From: Lytechinus pictus
Lineage: Eukaryota
DNA: 64,000 nucleotides
Assembly: GCF_037042905.1 (NCBI RefSeq)
Contig: NC_087255.1
Span: 2,170,001 to 2,234,000 of the forward strand
Direction: 5' to 3'
Numbering within the stretch: the first letter of the stretch is position 1; each line of letters starts with the position of its first letter. The notes under the pieces were generated by a model. The model was not told the origin of the DNA and ran no database searches. It saw nothing but the letters and a program-made list of their open reading frames with translations. The translations under genes were made by a program, and so were the position numbers. Of this stretch, positions 28,700 through 41,491 are shown piece by piece.

Positions 28700-28790
28700 A
28701 GAAAAAGAAGAAGGAGGAGGGGGAGGAGAAGGAGTAGAAGAAGAGGAAGAAGAAGGAGAAGAAGAAGAACAACAACAAAAACAAGAAACA
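28700..28790. repeat. GAA/GGA simple repeat
   Basis: Read directly. Confidence 0.8.
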
Positions 28791-29131
28791 AAGGATATTA
28801 AAAATCACTATTCTACATAGCCATTGACAAACCTCAATAAAAGTTGAATAATCGATGGTACTGATCAAAGCAGATCAAAGAAAAAGTGTTACTGCTTATG
28901 AGTTATCAATGTATCGACTATTTTGTCGAGACATGATATTAATTCACCTTTTGTATTATATTCTGTTCTATAACAAAAATAAAAAATCACTAAATACAAA
29001 AAGCAATGTCACAATATGACAAAAATTTTGAGGGACTGAAATTAAAATTTTGTGAGCGGTTTTGGAAATATACGAGCAAAAGAAACGATCTAGCCGAAAA
29101 TGTTTAAATTAATTTTCAAATTAATGTACAG

Positions 29132-32100
29132 GATGCAGACATGACGAGATCAAAGATCTTTTTATCTGATCATCTCTCCCAGAGGATGTAGACATGACAG
29201 ATCTCGTCATCTGATCATCTCTTCTAAAAGATGTAGACATGACGAGATCACAGATCTTGTCATCTGATCATTTCTTTTAAAAGATATAGACATGACGAGA
29301 TCACTGATCTTGTCATCTGATCATCTCTCCCCGGGGATGTAGACATGACAGATCTCGTCATCTGATCATCTCTTCTAAAAGATGTAGACATGACGAGATC
29401 ACAGATCTTGTCATCTCTTCTAAAAGATGCAGACATGACAAGATCACTTATCTTGTCATCTGATCATCTCTTCTAAAAGATGTAGACATGACGAGATCAC
29501 AGATCTTGTCATCTGATCATTTCTTTTAAAAGATATAGACATGACGAGATCACTGATCTTGTCATCTGATCATCTCTCCCCGGGGATGTAGACATGACAG
29601 ATCTCGTCATCTGATCATCTCTTCTAAAAGATGTAGACATGACGAGATCACAGATCTTGTCATCTCTTCTAAAAGATGCAGACATGACAAGATCACTTAT
29701 CTTGTCATCTGATCATCTCTTTTAAAAGATGTAGACATGACGAGATCACTGATTTTGTCATCTGATCATCTCTCCCCAGGGATGTAGACATGACAGATCT
29801 CGTCATCTGATCATCTCTTCTGAAAGATGTAGACATGAGGACATCGCAGATCTTGTCATCTGATCATCTCTCCCAGGGGATGAAGACATGACAGATCTCG
29901 TCATCTGATCATCTCTTTTAAAAGATGTAGACATGACGAGATCACAGATCTTGTTATCTGATCATCTCTTTTAAAAGATGTAGACATGACGAGATCACTG
30001 ATCTTGTCATCTGATCATCTCTCCCCGGGGATGTAGACATGACAGATCTCGTCATCTGATCATCTCTTTTAAAAGATGTAGACATGACGAGATCACTGAT
30101 CTTGTCATCTGATCATCTCTCCCAGGGGATGTAGACATGACAGATCTCGTCATCTGATCATCTCTATTAAAAGATGTAGACATGACGAGATCACTGATCT
30201 TGTCATCTGATCATCTCTCCCCGGGGATGTAGACATGACAGATCTCGTCATCTGATCATCTCTTCTAAAAGATGTAGACATGAGGACATCGCAGATCTTG
30301 TCATCTGATTATCTCTCCCAGGGGATGAAGACATGACAGATCTCGTCATCTGATCATCTCTTTTAAAAGATGTAGACATGACGAGATCACTGATCTTGTC
30401 ATCTGATCATCTCTCCCAGGGGATGTAGACATGACAGATCTCGTCATCTGATCATCTCTATTAAAAGATGTAGACATGACGAGATCACTGATCTTGTCAT
30501 CTGATCATCTCTCCCCGGGGATGTAGACATGACAGATCTCGTCATCTGATCATCTCTTCTAAAAGATGTAGACATGAGGACATCGCAGATCTTGTCATCT
30601 GATCATCTCTCCCAGGGGATGATGACATGACAGATCTCGTCATCTGATCATCTCTTTTAAAAGATGTAGACATGACGAGATCACTGATCTTGTCATCTGA
30701 TCATCTCTCCCAGGGGATGTAGACAAGACAGATCTCGTCATCTGATCATCTCTTCTAAAAGATGTAGACATGACGAGATCACAGATCTTGTCATCTCTTC
30801 TAAAAGATGCAGACATGACAAGATCACTTATCTTGTCATCTGATCATCTCTTTTAAAAGATGTAGACATGACGAGATCACTGATCTTGTCATCTGATCAT
30901 CTCTCCCAGGAGATGTAGACATGACAGATCTCGTCATCTGATCATCTCTTCTAAAAGATGTAGACATGACGAGATCACAGATCTTGTCATCTCTTCTAAA
31001 AGATGCAGACATGACAAGATCACTTATCTTGTCATCTGATCATCTCTTTTAAAAGATGTAGACATGACGAGATCACTGATCTTATCATCTGATCATCTCT
31101 CCCAGGAGATGTAAACATGACAGATCTCGTCATCTGATCATCTCTTCTAAAAGATGTAGACATGAGGAGATCACATAGCTTGTCATCTGATCATCTCTTC
31201 TAAAAGATGTAGGCATTACGAGATCACAGATCTTGTCATCTGATCATCTCTTCTAAAAGAGGTAGACATGACGAGATCACTTATCTTGTCATCTGATCAT
31301 CTCTTTTAAAAGATTTAGACATGACGAGATCACAGATCTTGTCATCTCTTCTAAATGATGTAGGCATTACGCGATCACAGATCTTGTCATCTGATCATCT
31401 CTTCTAAAAGATGTAGACATGACGAGATCACTTATCTTGTCATCTGATCATCTCTTTTAAAAGATGTAGACATGACGAGATCACTTATCTTGTCATCTGA
31501 TCATCTCTTTTAAAAGATGAAGACATTACGAGATCACTGATCTTGTCATCTGATCATCCCTCCCAGGGGATGTAGACATGACAAATCTCGTCATCTGATC
31601 ATCTCTTCTAAAAGATGTAGACATGACGAAATCACAGATCTTGTCATTTCTTCTTAAAGATGCAGACATGACAAGATCAATTATCTTGTTATCTGATCAT
31701 CTCTTCTAAAAGATGTAGGCATTACGAGATCACAGATCTTGTCATCTGATCATATCTTCTAAAGATGTAGACATGACGAGATCACTTATCTTGTCATCTT
31801 ATCATCTCTTTTAAAAGATTTAGACATGACGGGATCACAGATCTTGTCATCTCTTCTAAAAGATGTAGGCATTACGCGATCACAGATCTTGTCATCTGAT
31901 CATCTCTTCTAAAAGATGTAGACATGACGAGATCACTTATCTTGTCATCTGATCATCTCTTTTAAAAGATGTAGACATGACGAGATCACTTATCTTGTCA
32001 TCTGATCATCTCTTTTAAAAGATGAAGACATTACGAGATCACTGATCTTGTCATCTGATCATCTCTCCCAGGGGATGTAGACATGACAAATCTCGTCATC

Positions 32101-32390
32101 TGATCATCTCTTCTAAAAGATGTAGACATGACGAGATCACTTATCTTGTCATCTGATCATCTCTTTTAAAAGATGTAGACATGACGAGATCACTGATCTT
32201 GTCATCTGATCATCTCTCCCAGGAGATGTGACGAGATCACATATCTTGTCATCTGATCATCTCTTCTAAAAGATGTAGACATGACGAGATCAAAGATCTT
32301 GTCATCTCTTTTAAAAGATTTAGACATGACGAGATCCGATATCTCGTCATCTCATCCTTTTCCCTATGAGAGATGTAGACATGACGAGAT
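29132..32390. repeat. Tandem satellite of 53-bp and 45-bp palindromic monomers (~65 units) with higher-order repeats
   Basis: Consensus GATGTAGACATGACGAGATCAC(A/T)GATCTTGTCATCTGATCATCTCTT(C/T)TAAAA. Monomer starts at 29230, 29283, 29336, 29381, 29426, 29479. The 249-bp block 29230-29478 is repeated at 29479-29727. Confidence 0.95.
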
Positions 32391-35300
32391 AATTATATGA
32401 ACATCTGGTTGGCACTTTAAGCTTCCATAGAAATGGTCGTATCGGTCAGATATTAGAGTAAATTTGGTCCAAATTTTGATGCTGCAAAATGAAAAATATG
32501 TTAGGGTATTGTATTATCAAAGAACATTTTTTTTTATTGTCGAATGAACATAAGATGCGCGTGACAAAAATAATATTCATTGACGAAAATAGGCCCTATA
32601 TCCTATATGCTATCAATTACACATACGTTCAAAAGGGGCCTCTATCCAGTTGACGGAGGTGAGGTTAATGATCCCCCTTCTCATTTTGATTTCATCGGAC
32701 ATTGAACCCACCATTGGTTACCAGGAGGTGATAAAACAAGGTACACTATATACCTTCAGCGGGTGGCAACACTTCAGACAATGCATATCCACTCATCGCC
32801 TAGCCTCCCCCACCCCTAACCCCCGACCCCCATGATGCCAATGTCTTGTACCTACAACAAATATTATAATTGCTTATTCCATGTTATGATAGATTTATGG
32901 CGTAGGGGACAACTGTTTTCCTACTTCATTACAATTGATTTACGAGTTCCATTTACGCGCTAGGAAAACACTTGTTAATTGAGCCACTGCGGGTCACGTG
33001 ATCACGATTAGCCGCCCTCATTATTATGTTTAATACACTCTTTAAATGGCGAGCAGTACATTTTCCGAAGAATATTATCTTATTTATGTATCGCTATTGA
33101 CGTATTGTCTCATCTTTAAATGGATCAAGATTAAGACTATTGACTAAGACTTTTGTTTCACCTAGCCTACAATCAACTTGAACTCATTTCATAAATTATA
33201 TTTTCTGACTCTAGACTTATTCCAGCAGCTGAACAATAATCACAATATTACAGAATAATTATAATTTCTGTCGCGTAGAAACAAAGTTATTTCATCTATT
33301 TAGAGAATGTGTGATTGCATCATTAGAATTTAATCGCAACAAGTCTGTTTATCCTGATCTATATTTACAGCAGATAACACACAATGATATTTCGATTTGT
33401 TTCCTAATGTATAACTGGTGATAACAATAAGGCATTGCAATTATGGAAAATACCTCTTCAATCCCCGGCACGGTCAAATCCTAACCTACTCGGCCAATGA
33501 GGTTAGAGGATTTACCTGAAATGGGCCCCTCTCTGAAAGTTGATTTCTTCAAATCACGCTAAGTTTATGTTAGTTTTCAATAATCGTTGGTCTTTGAGTG
33601 AACCGACAAAGGCAAATCTTTATAAATAAACAACAGGCTATTTGAAACGTAAAACAAACTGTAAATATCGATGATCATATTTACACGGATTACATTTCTA
33701 AGTTATCATCCATGGCCGTGCGATAAGACTGCAGTATTAAATCCTCCCGGTCGGTAACTTTGAAGTTTAAATACCTTCAGTGGAATCAAACAGACAAAAA
33801 AAGGTCAGGATTAGGAACGATGAAGAAAGAGGGGGGGACAAGGGGATGAAGAAGTTTGAACAAATATGCAATCAAATTTTCTTATCACTCATTGCCAGCC
33901 CATTACCCCTGGCAAAATGCGTAATAATAGATCAAGAAATATACCGCAGAGACAGACAGTCTCGCCGTTACAGGTATACGAGGAGAAAGACGGAGAGAGA
34001 GAGAGAGAGAGGGAGGGGACGAAGGTGAGGTCTGGAATTACAGGGAAGAGGTTGACCGGAAATTCCTCCCCGGGGAATCCCCATTTGCACAACATGGGGT
34101 CCGCTCGTTATCCCATTTCCATCTCGACACTGAATATTCCACCAACAAATGTTTTACTGGAGATTATGTTGTGATTGATATTATTTGTGTGTTCTTTAAA
34201 CAGAATTTCGTTATGAGGAATTATCCCCAGCTGGTTTATAGCGAATTAATCGATGGAAAAGTCATTATGATAAACTTATTACAGAAGGGATAAAATGTGA
34301 GACAATAGTTCTAATCATAATAGGTCAATGGGTTTGTAATAAGTCCATGGTCTAATGTAGACGCAAAAGAAGAATAAAATCTACCCGATCTATCATTCTA
34401 TGGTAGTTACGATGTGTCGAAGCCAAATGTATACATACAGAAAGCATAAATTGAAAACAATAAAGAAATAGGAGCAAAAAGACAATATGAAAGAAAAACC
34501 CACATCAATAAAATCGAATGGTCGTCTGTAAATCAAGCATAATTTGGAGCTACATGGAGATATTTTTGTTGTCTATAAATCCATGTGTTACATCAGTAAC
34601 AGAATTGTGATATTCTGAGTTCGAAAAGATTTTTAATCCAACATGTTCCAGAGGGCAAATTTGGCACCTCCAATAAATTACTTAATTGGGTATTAGGTTT
34701 AAGGGCGTTCAAGTGGGATTTAGGGGAGCCGTTGCCATTTAACCCCCCCCCCGTCTCGATGTTCCCTGTCCCATCCTCCTACTACACCTTGTGCCCCCCC
34801 CCCCCCCCCAGCCAGGTGAATTTACCTGAACACCCCCTTTGGGTGACCAAATGATGACCTCATCGGCCAAGTATGTACTGTAGATATCCTATTTCACGTG
34901 CGCCCATCGAGGGACATCGACCCCAGTCTAAATAAGATTGGGCAGAGAGCAGCGGGTTGATGATCGAACAAATGAACGGAATAAAGGATAACGAGGTAAT
35001 TTACTTTGTCTGGAAACAATTGTGTTCAGTCGCAATTTGTTTCTGTCTATCATGGATACGAAACACATAAAAATGTATGAATTAAAAAGTAACGACAGCG
35101 CCAGCTATTGTCGCGAGAGAATTACAAATTCTTTCTAGGCAACACACCACGAAATATTTCTCCATAGACTCATGTGTTAAAAATGAGAATTCATATTAGA
35201 TCACTAAAAAGAAGTGTTAATAATGACACAATTCATACCTATGCCATTAAGAGTTCATCAAATATCCTTGATTTTCTGAGAATATGATGATTATGTTTTC

Positions 35301-35518
35301 CAGATCCTTTTTTTGGTAGGGGTCTGAAACCCAGACTACAACAGTGATGATAGGTGTTCTTGGGCAAATAATAGTCCCCATCATGATACTACCTAAAATG
35401 GACTTATCTGAAGCAGTAATAGTCCCAATTTATTTTCATATGATAAAAAGTTCTCAGAGATGCATCATTAATTTTATATGAGTTTATTTATATGAATGAC
35501 GTCATTTTAGGTATGGGG

Positions 35519-36019
35519 CAGGGGCGGATCCAGGATTAAAAAAAGGGGGGGCACATTTTTCCGATGAAAAATTTACAATAATAATAATAACATGTCCATT
35601 TATATAACGCAGTTACTATGTGCATATACTCAACTGCGCTTTGATACTTGGTATCATATTATTACCCCGGCTGTGAGCCGCCATATCCATGGGCGCTACA
35701 GCGTTCAAGGAATAAATCCCACCGGGTACCCATTCACCTCACCTGGGTCGAGTGCAGCACAATGTGGATTGATTTCTTGCCGAAGGAAATTACGCCATGG
35801 CTGGGATTCGAACCCACGACCCTCTGTTTCGAAGTCCGGAGACTAATCCACTCCACGCTCTGAACGTTCCACAAGCAATAATAAAAAAGGGTCATATTTT
35901 CAAAAGGGGGCACACTTGGGTTAAAACGGTATATTTACATTCCAAATTTTGATCATGGCTCTCAAAGGGGGGGGGGTGGCACGGGCCGGTTGTGCCCCCC
36001 CCCCTTTGATCCACCAGTG
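35519..36019. mobile_element. hAT-like MITE (CAGGGGCGGATCCAG family) interrupted by a SINE
   Basis: Left end CAGGGGCGGATCCAGG, right end TTGATCCACCAGTG. No clear TSD. Confidence 0.6.
35576..35860 (-). mobile_element. tRNA-derived SINE
   Basis: B box GGTTCGAATCC on minus strand, core CCCAGGTGAGGTGAATGGGTACC, (TTA)n tail. High similarity to 62674-62988. Confidence 0.88.
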
Positions 36020-38869
36020 GGTTAGAATGGTAATGCGATAAATCCTCTGACTTTCAATTGTAAAAGTGTCAGCTGTTGCATCGTTTTACCTTTGTCGCAT
36101 ACAATATCACCAACACGTGTTGCCACCAGGCCCACTTCAACTACTACCACTACCATCATCGCCGTTGCCTGCGCCAATACGACCTTCAAAATCCTTCCCA
36201 GCTTCATCATCATCATCTCCTCCTCCTCCTCTTCCTCCTCCTTCTTCTTCCTCTATTTTTGAATAGATTTTAGACGGGTTTACCTTTTCTGAAGTCCAAG
36301 TCCTTTTATCTGCTTTTCTTTGTCAAAAGGGAGAAAGAAAAAAAAATATTTTGAAAATACGTTTCTATCTAAAAATCAAATGAAATACCGATAAAAGGTT
36401 TTTTTTTAATGAACAATGAATGGCGATGTAACAAATCGCTCAAAGACTCAACTTTCATTCACACATGACCAAATAGGGAATAACGGTGTCGATTATGAAG
36501 AATGGATTTTACCTTTAAGAGTCATATACCTGCCCCAGGGGTGGATCCAGCTCCCGCCAATAGGGGGGGGGGGTGGGGGCGAATTTTTTTTCACCCATAT
36601 TCTCCCCGATCGCCGGCTCAAAATTGATTTTTGTTTGTTTCTTTGAAGGTGTTGTTCCAGTGGCATAATGAGCTAACAATTTTGAGGGGGCTCGATACGG
36701 CGTATCGCATTAAAATTCATAAAGAAGTTGCGTGCGAGCGATTTTTTTTAATTACAAAATCAAAGTTTGTGATAGATTTTGACATAACATTTGGAAAATA
36801 ATAGGGCTATATTTCATCCTTATGCCTTTCCTTTTTTTTTTTTTCTTGGTCGTGAAAAATTTGGGGAGGGGGGGGGGGCAAAACGCCGATGTCCTTACAG
36901 TCATTTCTTAGCTTTATTGTTATAAAACAACATAAGAAAGTGTAATAATCTCATAAGCCCTATTTAAGTAGTGCGAGCTGAAAATTTTTGGAATTTCATG
37001 TATTCTGTCCTTAATATTGAATATTCTGGGCAATGTTTATGAACCTGAACAAGATGCGTATATGTAACTAGAAATTTTTAATGTGGGTTCTGATTTGATC
37101 GAAAAGGGACCTGTTAAGGACAACTTGCAGTTACATATTTCAACTATAAAATAATGTGAGCGCGAAGCGCGAGCAGATTTTTTTTTGACATTCCGACATA
37201 AAAAATTGAAATTCTAAGCACTTTTTGTAACATCATGAACGGTATAGGTATAAAACCAAACAATTGATGCGAGCGGAAAAAAATGAGATATCAGACCTAA
37301 AAATGGGACACTTTATTCATGTTTTGTAAATCATGACAAAGGATGGGTAATTTGGTATCTTCCTACATTAATAATGCGAGCGCAAAGCGCAAGCAGAAAT
37401 TGTTTGATATTCTGATCTGAAACCGGTTAATTTTAGCACGTTTTGAATAAATACCCAATGTCACCTCTGTTAGCCTCTTCAAACAAGAGGTACAGAGCAT
37501 CCTGCTTCTCTAAGAGAGGAGCATGGTTTTTTTAGCTGCACTTAGTAACTTTTTAGAATATTTTAAAATTGCACTGTACATACTCCACACCAGGCCTGCC
37601 AAATATAGTACGATGATACATCAGTCAGTGGACTGTACTTTATCAGAAGAAGAAGAAATATCAAGCTGCGTATTTCATTTAACATGTGTGCGCGTGTTTT
37701 AGAGTTAGACAGAAACTGGGCACTCTGAATACATTTCATTTTTTTATCATGGAAATCAATAATGCGAGCCGCGAAGCGCGAGCGGAAAATACTTGATATT
37801 ACGGTATGAAAAGGGTGAATTTAAGCACTATCTAAAGCACTGTGTAGGGAAATTGTGAAGTGGATGAGGATAGCACTTAATAAATGATGCGAGTGCGTAG
37901 CGCGAGGTGATATTTTTATTATTATTTTGACCTAGGACCTGGACATTCTAGGCCTATATAAGGACATTTTGTCATCATATGAAAATGATGACTATCTTCC
38001 CATTCCTCTTCCTAAGCGCGATATGAAACTTGTCGATATTCCTTTCTGAAAAAGGGGCAATTTAGTTATTAGGAATTCATGAAATTTTTATTATCATATT
38101 TAGTAATGTGATAAGCCTAATGAGTGAGTGAAATTTGTTGACATTGATGCCTTAAAACTGGATATTTTAAGCACTTTTGTAATCATGAACAGGATTTATG
38201 AGTTGATACATTTTCAACAATAATGCGAGCACAAATCGCGAGACGAAATTTTTGATAAGCTGCCATAAAAGGGAGATTTTAAGTAATTTGTTTTTGAATT
38301 AATATATATATGTAGAATCTTATGGAACAAACAAAGACAATATGTAGGCCTGCTTGGAAAATCACATAATGCGAGCGCACAGCGCAAAAAGCTGCAAACG
38401 ATATTCATATAATAAAATAACATTTTACAGAGCACTTAAAAAAAAAAAAATTTGTAAATCAAACAAAATAGTGAAAGCTCGATGTCCGAGCTGAAATATG
38501 CTTTACATATTGATTTTAAAACTTGATATTTTAAGCCACATATCAGCCTATTGAGCAAGATATGTATCTCATCGAACAGGCTATGCGAGCGCGAAGCGCG
38601 AGCGAAAATTTAATAAATAACGTGTTTACACTTAATCGGCAATTGGTTCTGAACCAAATGCCGATGCAGAATCGGCATTTGGATTGTGTTTACACGTTGT
38701 TACAGCTCGCGGTTCAGAACCGCGAGCCGATGCAAAAACCTGAAATGATACGCATACCTACAATATACGTCATAATAAAGACAACGCTGGATCAGTGCGC
38801 TTACAATTACGTCACAATGGTAAAGTAATTGAAATGCGCACAAATTGCCGGTGCAGAATCGGCTTTCTG

Positions 38870-39026
38870 GGGAGCGTTTCATCAAGATTTTTGTCCGACA
38901 AGTTGTCAGATCTGACATCTTTCCTTGATTTTGGTTGGCTGTGAGGCACTGTTACTATGGGAACTGTCGGATAAAACATAACTTGTCGGATAAAACGTCC
39001 GACAAGTCCTTTCATGAAACGCTCCC
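38870..39026. mobile_element. PIF/Harbinger-like MITE
   Basis: TIR GGGAGCGTTTCAT / ATGAAACGCTCCC with CTG TSD. Confidence 0.8.
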
Positions 39027-39170
39027 CTGTTTACACGTAGTAAAAAAGCCGATTCTGCATCGGCTCGCGGTTCAGAACCTACTACTTTGGTGGTGCAAAT
39101 TGCCGGTTCTGAACCGCGAGCCGATTCAAGTTGCTCGCGTTTACACGCTATGAAAAAGCCGATGCTGAAT

Positions 39171-39487
39171 TAGCCTCTTGTCGAGGCCCTGGCGGCTGCT
39201 TCCCGAGCGAAGCGAGGGATTCCCTAATTCGCGAAGCGAATTAGGCCTGGCGCGAGCCAGGGCCTCTTGACATCTGAACTGAATTATATATTCATGAGGA
39301 ACGTCTTCCTAATGAATATACATGAGTCATGATATTACTGGTCACCGAGTAAACCAATGAAATGTCAGAGCTGTTTCGTTTTGGGTTCGGAATACTATAT
39401 AGTATAGTAGTCCATTATTCTGCAGGGGATTCATTTAATTGCGGGACACTAAAGGGGATATAACCTGCAAAATGCTACAAGTAGTGG

Positions 39488-39518
<31 letters not shown>

Positions 39519-40096
39519 GGCCGTAACAGACCCATCACCGCCCCGAAACTTCCCGGGAGATACTGCTCAGCCGCTGGTCAGACTCGAGTCAACTCCCAGC
39601 AACTCCACCCCAGCTTCCCTCACTGCACTGCACAGCGGAGATCGATAATCGACGCCCCGGTTCGACCGGTGGAATCGCATGAAAGATTTTTCCATATCCT
39701 GTGGGTAGATTTACAAAATCATCTCGTCCTTTCAGTGCAGAGTTAATTTTATCGACTTGCAAATCCTTAAATCGGTCAATATTCAGCATTTTAGAGGCAT
39801 ATTCAATGCTCTTTGATATTTCGTCGTCATTCTTCGCCAAGAATCCACGGGTCGCCATTCAAGATGAGCTCATGAATATTCAATATGACGTCATAGCAGC
39901 CCGCGCTCTCATTGGATGATTTTCACCGACCAGTTTTTGGTCGGTGAATTGGTAAAAACAACAAAAAACAAAAGAAAGTCGGTGAAATTCGGGTCAGATG
40001 TCCAGAGGCCCTGTCTCGCGGCGCTCTGCTTCGCTCTCTCCCTTGCTTTGCCATGTTCGCTCGGAAAGCAGCCGACAGGGCCTCGACAAGAGGCTA
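39171..40096 (-). mobile_element. Non-autonomous AcademH-like DNA transposon
   Basis: Perfect 21-bp TIR TAGCCTCTTGTCGAGGCCCTG and exact 9-bp TSD ATGCTGAAT (39162-39170, 40097-40105). Carries a RecQ-like helicase N-terminal fragment. Confidence 0.85.
39680..39858 (-). pseudogene. Truncated RecQ-like SF2 helicase (motif 0/Q and Walker A) of the AcademH-like element
   Basis: ORF 39589..39858(-): ...FKDLQVDKINSALKGRDDFVNLPTGYGK matches the RecQ pattern F/L-K-x-x-Q...L-x-G-R-D-V-F-V-x-L-P-T-G-x-G-K-S. Homology is lost after GK. Confidence 0.82.
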
Positions 40097-41166
40097 ATGC
40101 TGAATCGGCTCGCGGTTCAGAACCGCGAGCCGATTCAAGTGTAAACACGGTAAAAGTGACATGAAATATATTGCTTAATCATTTTCCAAGTCTTCCCGTG
40201 ACCTTATTTTATTCACTCGTCTCCCTCCTCTTATTTTTCCTCTTCCCTTTTCCTACTTTCTTTCCCCTTCTTTTTCTTTTTTTCTTTCTTTCCCCCTTTT
40301 TTTCATTTTTTTTGCTCCGCCAATAGGGGGGGGGGGGCGGGACCCCTCGGGCCCCCTGGATCCGCCTATGCTGCCCATCGTCTGTCCTAGTATTCGTAAT
40401 ATCATGACCCTATTCTAACATACATCCACACCAAGCATTTAAAATCAACACTGCTCATGGCGTTCAAGGAATAGTAGTTTAAAAAGCACAATCATTTTGA
40501 GGTGATTGTTTCGTTTACCTGGAGGCGGCATACCATCTCATTGGCCCAGATCTCATTTACTTGGGATTTGTTGAAGTGTCTTTTGATAGTCAACTATACA
40601 AACATGAGGATTTAGAAGAACTCAGATGATGAGCCCTCTCCAACCTCATCGTATTCATCGTCATCATCGTGGGATTGGAAGCCGGTTTGGTTTACTCGTG
40701 TTTAATCATCATCATACAGGTCTTAAAGAGAAGATTGACCTCTGGGATATACGACATCCAATACGGATAACAGAGCTTCTAATATTGGGTTCGGAAAGCA
40801 TCATATACCCTACACAGATGCCCCTCACCCTCCCTCCAAGACCCCTATACCGAAAAGAAACAAATATCTCCTTTCACACAAATGTGATGATAAACACTTG
40901 ATTTGAGTCAAGTAACAACCCTAATTGGTCAAAGAACAAATGCAGATTTTGCTATCGATGAAAGTTTCAACCGTTTCATTGATTATTTCAATTCCATTCA
41001 AAGAAAATGTCATCACAACATGGCATGTATGGGTTGACTTCGTGCCAAATTTGAGAATGTCTATGAATAAAAAGAACATGGCGAGAAAGCACAAATCTTG
41101 ATCTGATTAATGATGAACAGATCAGGGAAGGTAAAGATGCTAAAATGTCAGAATACGATCTCGTCT

Positions 41167-41491
41167 TTAAGGGGAAGATATCCACCGTCTCCGCCCAGTC
41201 ATCTCGTCCCCTGGTGCCCTAGACCCTGGGGGTGATGTCCAAAGTAGTATAGCTCCATGGTAGTATCATGATCCCACTCCCCGTCACTGTCCCGTGGGGT
41301 CGATCCTTAAAGTGATGTCTTCTAGGGATTCCTCAAGGGAGATCAACCTGTATGCATATGAGATGTGTACCGTATTTGACGACTTTGGAATGAGAAAATG
41401 TCACCCATCATGATTATAAAGTTGCAAATGAGTAAGGGGAAAGGTTACTAAGATAAAAGATGAACCTTGACCATGTTGACGTTGTTTTTAA
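41167..41491 (+). repeat. Direct duplication, copy 1 (TTAA to TTAA)
   Basis: Aligns with 42096-42384 apart from a few substitutions and four short multi-base indels. Confidence 0.92.

Larger units (their letters stand above)
38620..40150. mobile_element. Palindromic MITE (CGTGTTTACACTT termini) nested in the hAT-like element
   Basis: Ends CGTGTTTACACTTAATCGGC / GCCGATTCAAGTGTAAACACG. Repeated internal palindrome GGCTCGCGGTTCAGAACCGCGAGCC. Itself interrupted twice. Confidence 0.7.
36536..40370. mobile_element. 3.8-kb non-autonomous hAT-like element hosting nested insertions
   Basis: TIRs CAGGGGTGGATCCAG / CTGGATCCGCCTATG and exact 6-bp TSD CTGCCC (36530-36535, 40371-40376). Internal degenerate repeats carry GCGAGCGCGAAGCGCGAGC. 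Confidence 0.75.

Noticed and set aside
29132-32390. CRISPR-like array (regular palindromic repeats)
   Set aside because: No unique spacers; monomers are directly tandem. No cas genes, and the context is eukaryotic.
39589-39858. Host RecQ/WRN/BLM gene exon
   Set aside because: Enclosed by perfect TIRs with a 9-bp TSD, truncated after Walker A, and no other helicase exons nearby.
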